A stretch of DNA of 64,000 nt from the NCBI GenBank assembly GCA_964607765.1, contig CAZSNT010000022.1, forward strand, positions 12,189 to 76,188. Direction: 5' to 3'. The DNA comes from an uncultured Victivallales bacterium. Its GTDB lineage: Bacteria > Verrucomicrobiota > Lentisphaeria > Oligosphaerales > JABHEG01. Below are positions 61,637 to 64,000 of this stretch, in pieces. A program made the position numbers and the translations under genes. The notes beneath the pieces were generated by a model, which searched no databases, was not told where the DNA came from, and worked only from the letters and a program-made list of their open reading frames with translations. Numbering within the stretch: the stretch's first letter is position 1; the number at the start of each line of letters is the position of its first letter.

Positions 61637-61814
61637 TCAGTTTACGCCAGATTGGCATTCGGTCAAGCCCGCGCCACCGGCCCTCACACGTTTGACTGCC
61701 TGCCATACCACATCGTCGTCGAGCTGGAGCGCATCGGCGAGATCACGTCGGACGGACTCCGAACTGCCCGTTACACTTGCCGCTGGCATGCTTGCCGGCT
61801 CCTTCCCATCCCTT

Positions 61815-62696
61815 TCACCGGTCACCACCTTCTTCTGCTGAAAAGCGTGTCACGACATCCGCGAGGAACTCCCGCGACCACAGATCCAGTGCACGTTGAT
61901 CGCGCACGAAAGGCGCGACCTCTGCTCGGGCTTGCTCAACATCAAGCCGATCAACAGCATCCAAAAGCAAGTCCGTAACAGTGGCCATACTCAATGCCCC
62001 TTCCTCCGTCCACGCACCAGACTGTCGCATCCGTTCTTCCAGATGGCTGAGATTGAGCTGCGGATGACGCCCGGCGTACCACACCAGATCGTACCAATCC
62101 CGCCCCTTCACGCGACGCCCCCACTTGCGGAAGAGCGCCGCGTGCAACTTGCCCGCCAGCAGGTCGGGCAGACAGCAAACACGCACCGAGAACGGAATTG
62201 GTTGGAGCAAGTAGCGGACCTCTGTGGCAAAGCCACCTGGCGGGTCCGTGTCTACCTCGAGCCTGATCTTCATCAACGTGCCCGGATGGAGCCCGTACAA
62301 CAGCGCCTCGTGCGTCTCGACCCGGAGCGACTCACGAAGCGTGTTGGTCTTCAGAAACGCCGACTCGATGGCCGACGTTTGCCGCTTCACGCGTCGTTCG
62401 AACGTCACCTCGAACCCGAAGCTGCTGATTTCGCGTTGCAGCGCGGCACCATACGTCTCAAGGGAGAATCCCGGACTGGGCCGCAGCAGTGAGAAGTCGA
62501 GATCCTCGGAATAGCGGTCCAGCCCGTGCAGCACCCGCAGCGCCGTTCCACCGTAGAAGGCTGCATGCTCAAAGAACCGCGCCCGCCCCAGTCCGAGCAG
62601 CGCGAGCTCCTGCAGGACCTCGCGCAAGGCGTTCAGATAGTCGTCCCGCGTCCGGCAGTCGTAGCGCTCAACCCAGTGTCGGATCGCCTCATTCAC
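61815..62696 (-). CDS. abiEii: AbiEii/AbiGii-family nucleotidyltransferase toxin (type IV TA)
   Basis: FYGGTALRVLHGLDRYSEDLDF nucleotidyltransferase motif. The GTG start overlaps the abiEi stop (GTGAATGA). Confidence 0.85.
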   Translation of the reverse strand: MNEAIRHWVERYDCRTRDDYLNALREVLQELALLGLGRARFFEHAAFYGGTALRVLHGLDRYSEDLDFSLLRPSPGFSLETYGAALQREISSFGFEVTFERRVKRQTSAIESAFLKTNTLRESLRVETHEALLYGLHPGTLMKIRLEVDTDPPGGFATEVRYLLQPIPFSVRVCCLPDLLAGKLHAALFRKWGRRVKGRDWYDLVWYAGRHPQLNLSHLEERMRQSGAWTEEGALSMATVTDLLLDAVDRLDVEQARAEVAPFVRDQRALDLWSREFLADVVTRFSAEEGGDR

Positions 62697-63345
62697 AACC
62701 GCTTCCCTCCCGCAGTTGCTGGACGAAACGGGCCAGGTTCCGGATCTTCGCCGACCCGTAGGCCTTCTCAACAGCCAACAGTCGGTCAAGCTCCAGATTC
62801 GCCAGGGCGTCCGGGGACACCCGCAGATCGTCGAGCAAGTACGGGCCGAACTCACGCAGCCGCGAGCCGCTGAAGCGCTTGTCCGTCCACACCTTGTCCG
62901 CCAGCGCCTTCTCGGCGGATGCCATCAGGAATGCGGGCGCGTCGGCCGGCAACAACAACGCGCCCTCTGCGTACCGGGCCTGGCTCAGCATCCGGTACCT
63001 GAACACGCCGAACGGCGTCTCGAAAACGCGCGAACGCCCGATGCACACCGAGGTCACGCTCGCTACACGTTCCGGGATCAAACCATGATAGCTCAACGCG
63101 CTCTCCAGACTGACATACGACGGGCCGTGGATCTGGTTCGCAAGCTGCTCTCTGACGATTGGGCCGCGCCGCAACGGGGCAGCAAACGCGTAAAGTCCCT
63201 GGCGGATACGGACAATGTCCCCGGCCGCTACCAGCCGCCCGATCCGATCGCGCGGCTTGCTGTAATCGCGCAGGCAATCGACCAACGCCTGGTAGTCGAA
63301 CACATCCTGTACCAGGCGTTCTCTGATGTCAGCGATCTCGCTCAT
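62689..63345 (-). CDS. abiEi: AbiEi-family antitoxin / transcriptional regulator
   Basis: An N-terminal wHTH-like region (RLVAAGDIVRIRQGLYA) and an AbiEi C-terminal domain. The start is taken at MSEIADI. Confidence 0.85.
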   Translation of the reverse strand: MSEIADIRERLVQDVFDYQALVDCLRDYSKPRDRIGRLVAAGDIVRIRQGLYAFAAPLRRGPIVREQLANQIHGPSYVSLESALSYHGLIPERVASVTSVCIGRSRVFETPFGVFRYRMLSQARYAEGALLLPADAPAFLMASAEKALADKVWTDKRFSGSRLREFGPYLLDDLRVSPDALANLELDRLLAVEKAYGSAKIRNLARFVQQLREGSGCE

Positions 63346-63454
63346 AGCTCTCAGTTTCAGCAAAGAATGTCCATGCTCTCTGGACATACTATGCACAAAC
63401 GAGCGCACTTGGTCAACCCAAACGCCTGACAGTACCCGAGCACGGAGGCGGGAG

Positions 63455-63691
63455 CTACTTCCGCCTCCCTCTGTCATTCGTCTCAGCTTCGAGCGCCTGC
63501 GCTTCCTCTTCCCGCCCGGTTTCCCGGTAGAGGTCGCAGAGACGTTCCCGCATGACCTCTTTCTCCTCTACTCCCTGCACACTCCACCCTCGTCTCAGGA
63601 TTGATTCTGCCTTGTCATGGTTTTCGCCGTGGCCGCCTTGCACGCAATCATCCACGTGCCTCGATATGTCGTCGATGGTCTGATCGGTCAT
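63455..63691 (-). CDS. Small hypothetical protein
   Basis: An ORF between tRNA-Arg and abiEi on the same strand. No family recognised. Confidence 0.3.
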   Translation of the reverse strand: MTDQTIDDISRHVDDCVQGGHGENHDKAESILRRGWSVQGVEEKEVMRERLCDLYRETGREEEAQALEAETNDRGRRK

Positions 63692-63825
63692 GTCGGTTGG
63701 GCTCCACTGAGTCTGTTTTGGTCGGTCGATCCGCTTCGAGCATCCTCTGATTGACCGTGAGTGACCCCGACTCACTCAAGATAGCACAACGCGCTGAAAA
63801 GGAAGGGGATAGAGTAAGAGAAGAA

Positions 63826-63902
<77 letters not shown>

Positions 63903-63961
63903 AATCGGCAGGATGCGTAATATGGCACGGGAGCGGCGGAATTAAAGGAATGCCAAAGGCT

Positions 63962-64000
63962 GAGTTGCTGGGTTGCTGAGTTGTTGGATTGTTGGACCGG
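63962..64000 (+). repeat. TTGCTGG/GTTGCTG-type repeat block, second copy of the 6339-6378 family (truncated by window end)
   Basis: gagttgctgggttgctgagttgttggattgttggaccgg compared with attgctgggttgttggattattggactgg...ccgg at 6339. Confidence 0.85.

Overview
GC-rich bacterial chromosomal segment (about two-thirds G+C by eye, not computed), densely coding on both strands. Because of the GC content, the six-frame track is full of long spurious antisense ORFs. I accepted an ORF only where I recognised family motifs or clear start and stop context. I support about 60 protein genes, two tRNAs (Pro-UGG, Arg-CCU) and a type-A RNase P RNA.

Gene content:
- Housekeeping genes: rfbA, glutathione peroxidase, proC, dapA, pfk, ptsP.
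- A complete pspF / pspA-B-C envelope-stress regulon with a candidate sigma-54 promoter.
- A methanogen-type homocysteine-synthesis cluster (COG1900 + NIL-ferredoxin + COG2122).
- An ABC exporter / DUF1854 / HlyD operon.
- A GalK-like kinase fused to a GalU-like uridylyltransferase.
- An AmmeMemoRadiSam-type radical SAM enzyme fused to a membrane domain, next to an M48 protease.
- A pseudopilin-FecR fusion with an Asp21-Arg9 tail, divergent from a CHASE2 histidine kinase.
- A glycan-degradation set: GH29 fucosidase, LamG-sialidase-like protein, SASA esterase, sulfatase.
- Two accessory patches rich in toxin-antitoxin (TA) and Abi genes: mazEF, phd/PIN + SWIM-SNF2 helicase, and abiEi/abiEii + yhcG + gene remnants abutting tRNA-Arg.

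The most unusual signal is not a gene. It is a set of dispersed families of short tandem-repeat arrays, mostly period 7 but also 8, 12 and 20-22 bp. They fill intergenic and intercistronic spacers and repeatedly start at or overlap stop codons. They recur as composite elements ([GAG-type purine heptamers] - spacer - [CCTAACS heptamers]). In several cases they supply the stop codon, C-terminal tail, start region or N-terminus of the adjacent gene.

Taxonomy cannot be assigned from this window alone. The pseudopilin, sulfatase and LamG content is reminiscent of PVC-like or related candidate phyla. All homology calls are from memory of family motifs; no searches were run.
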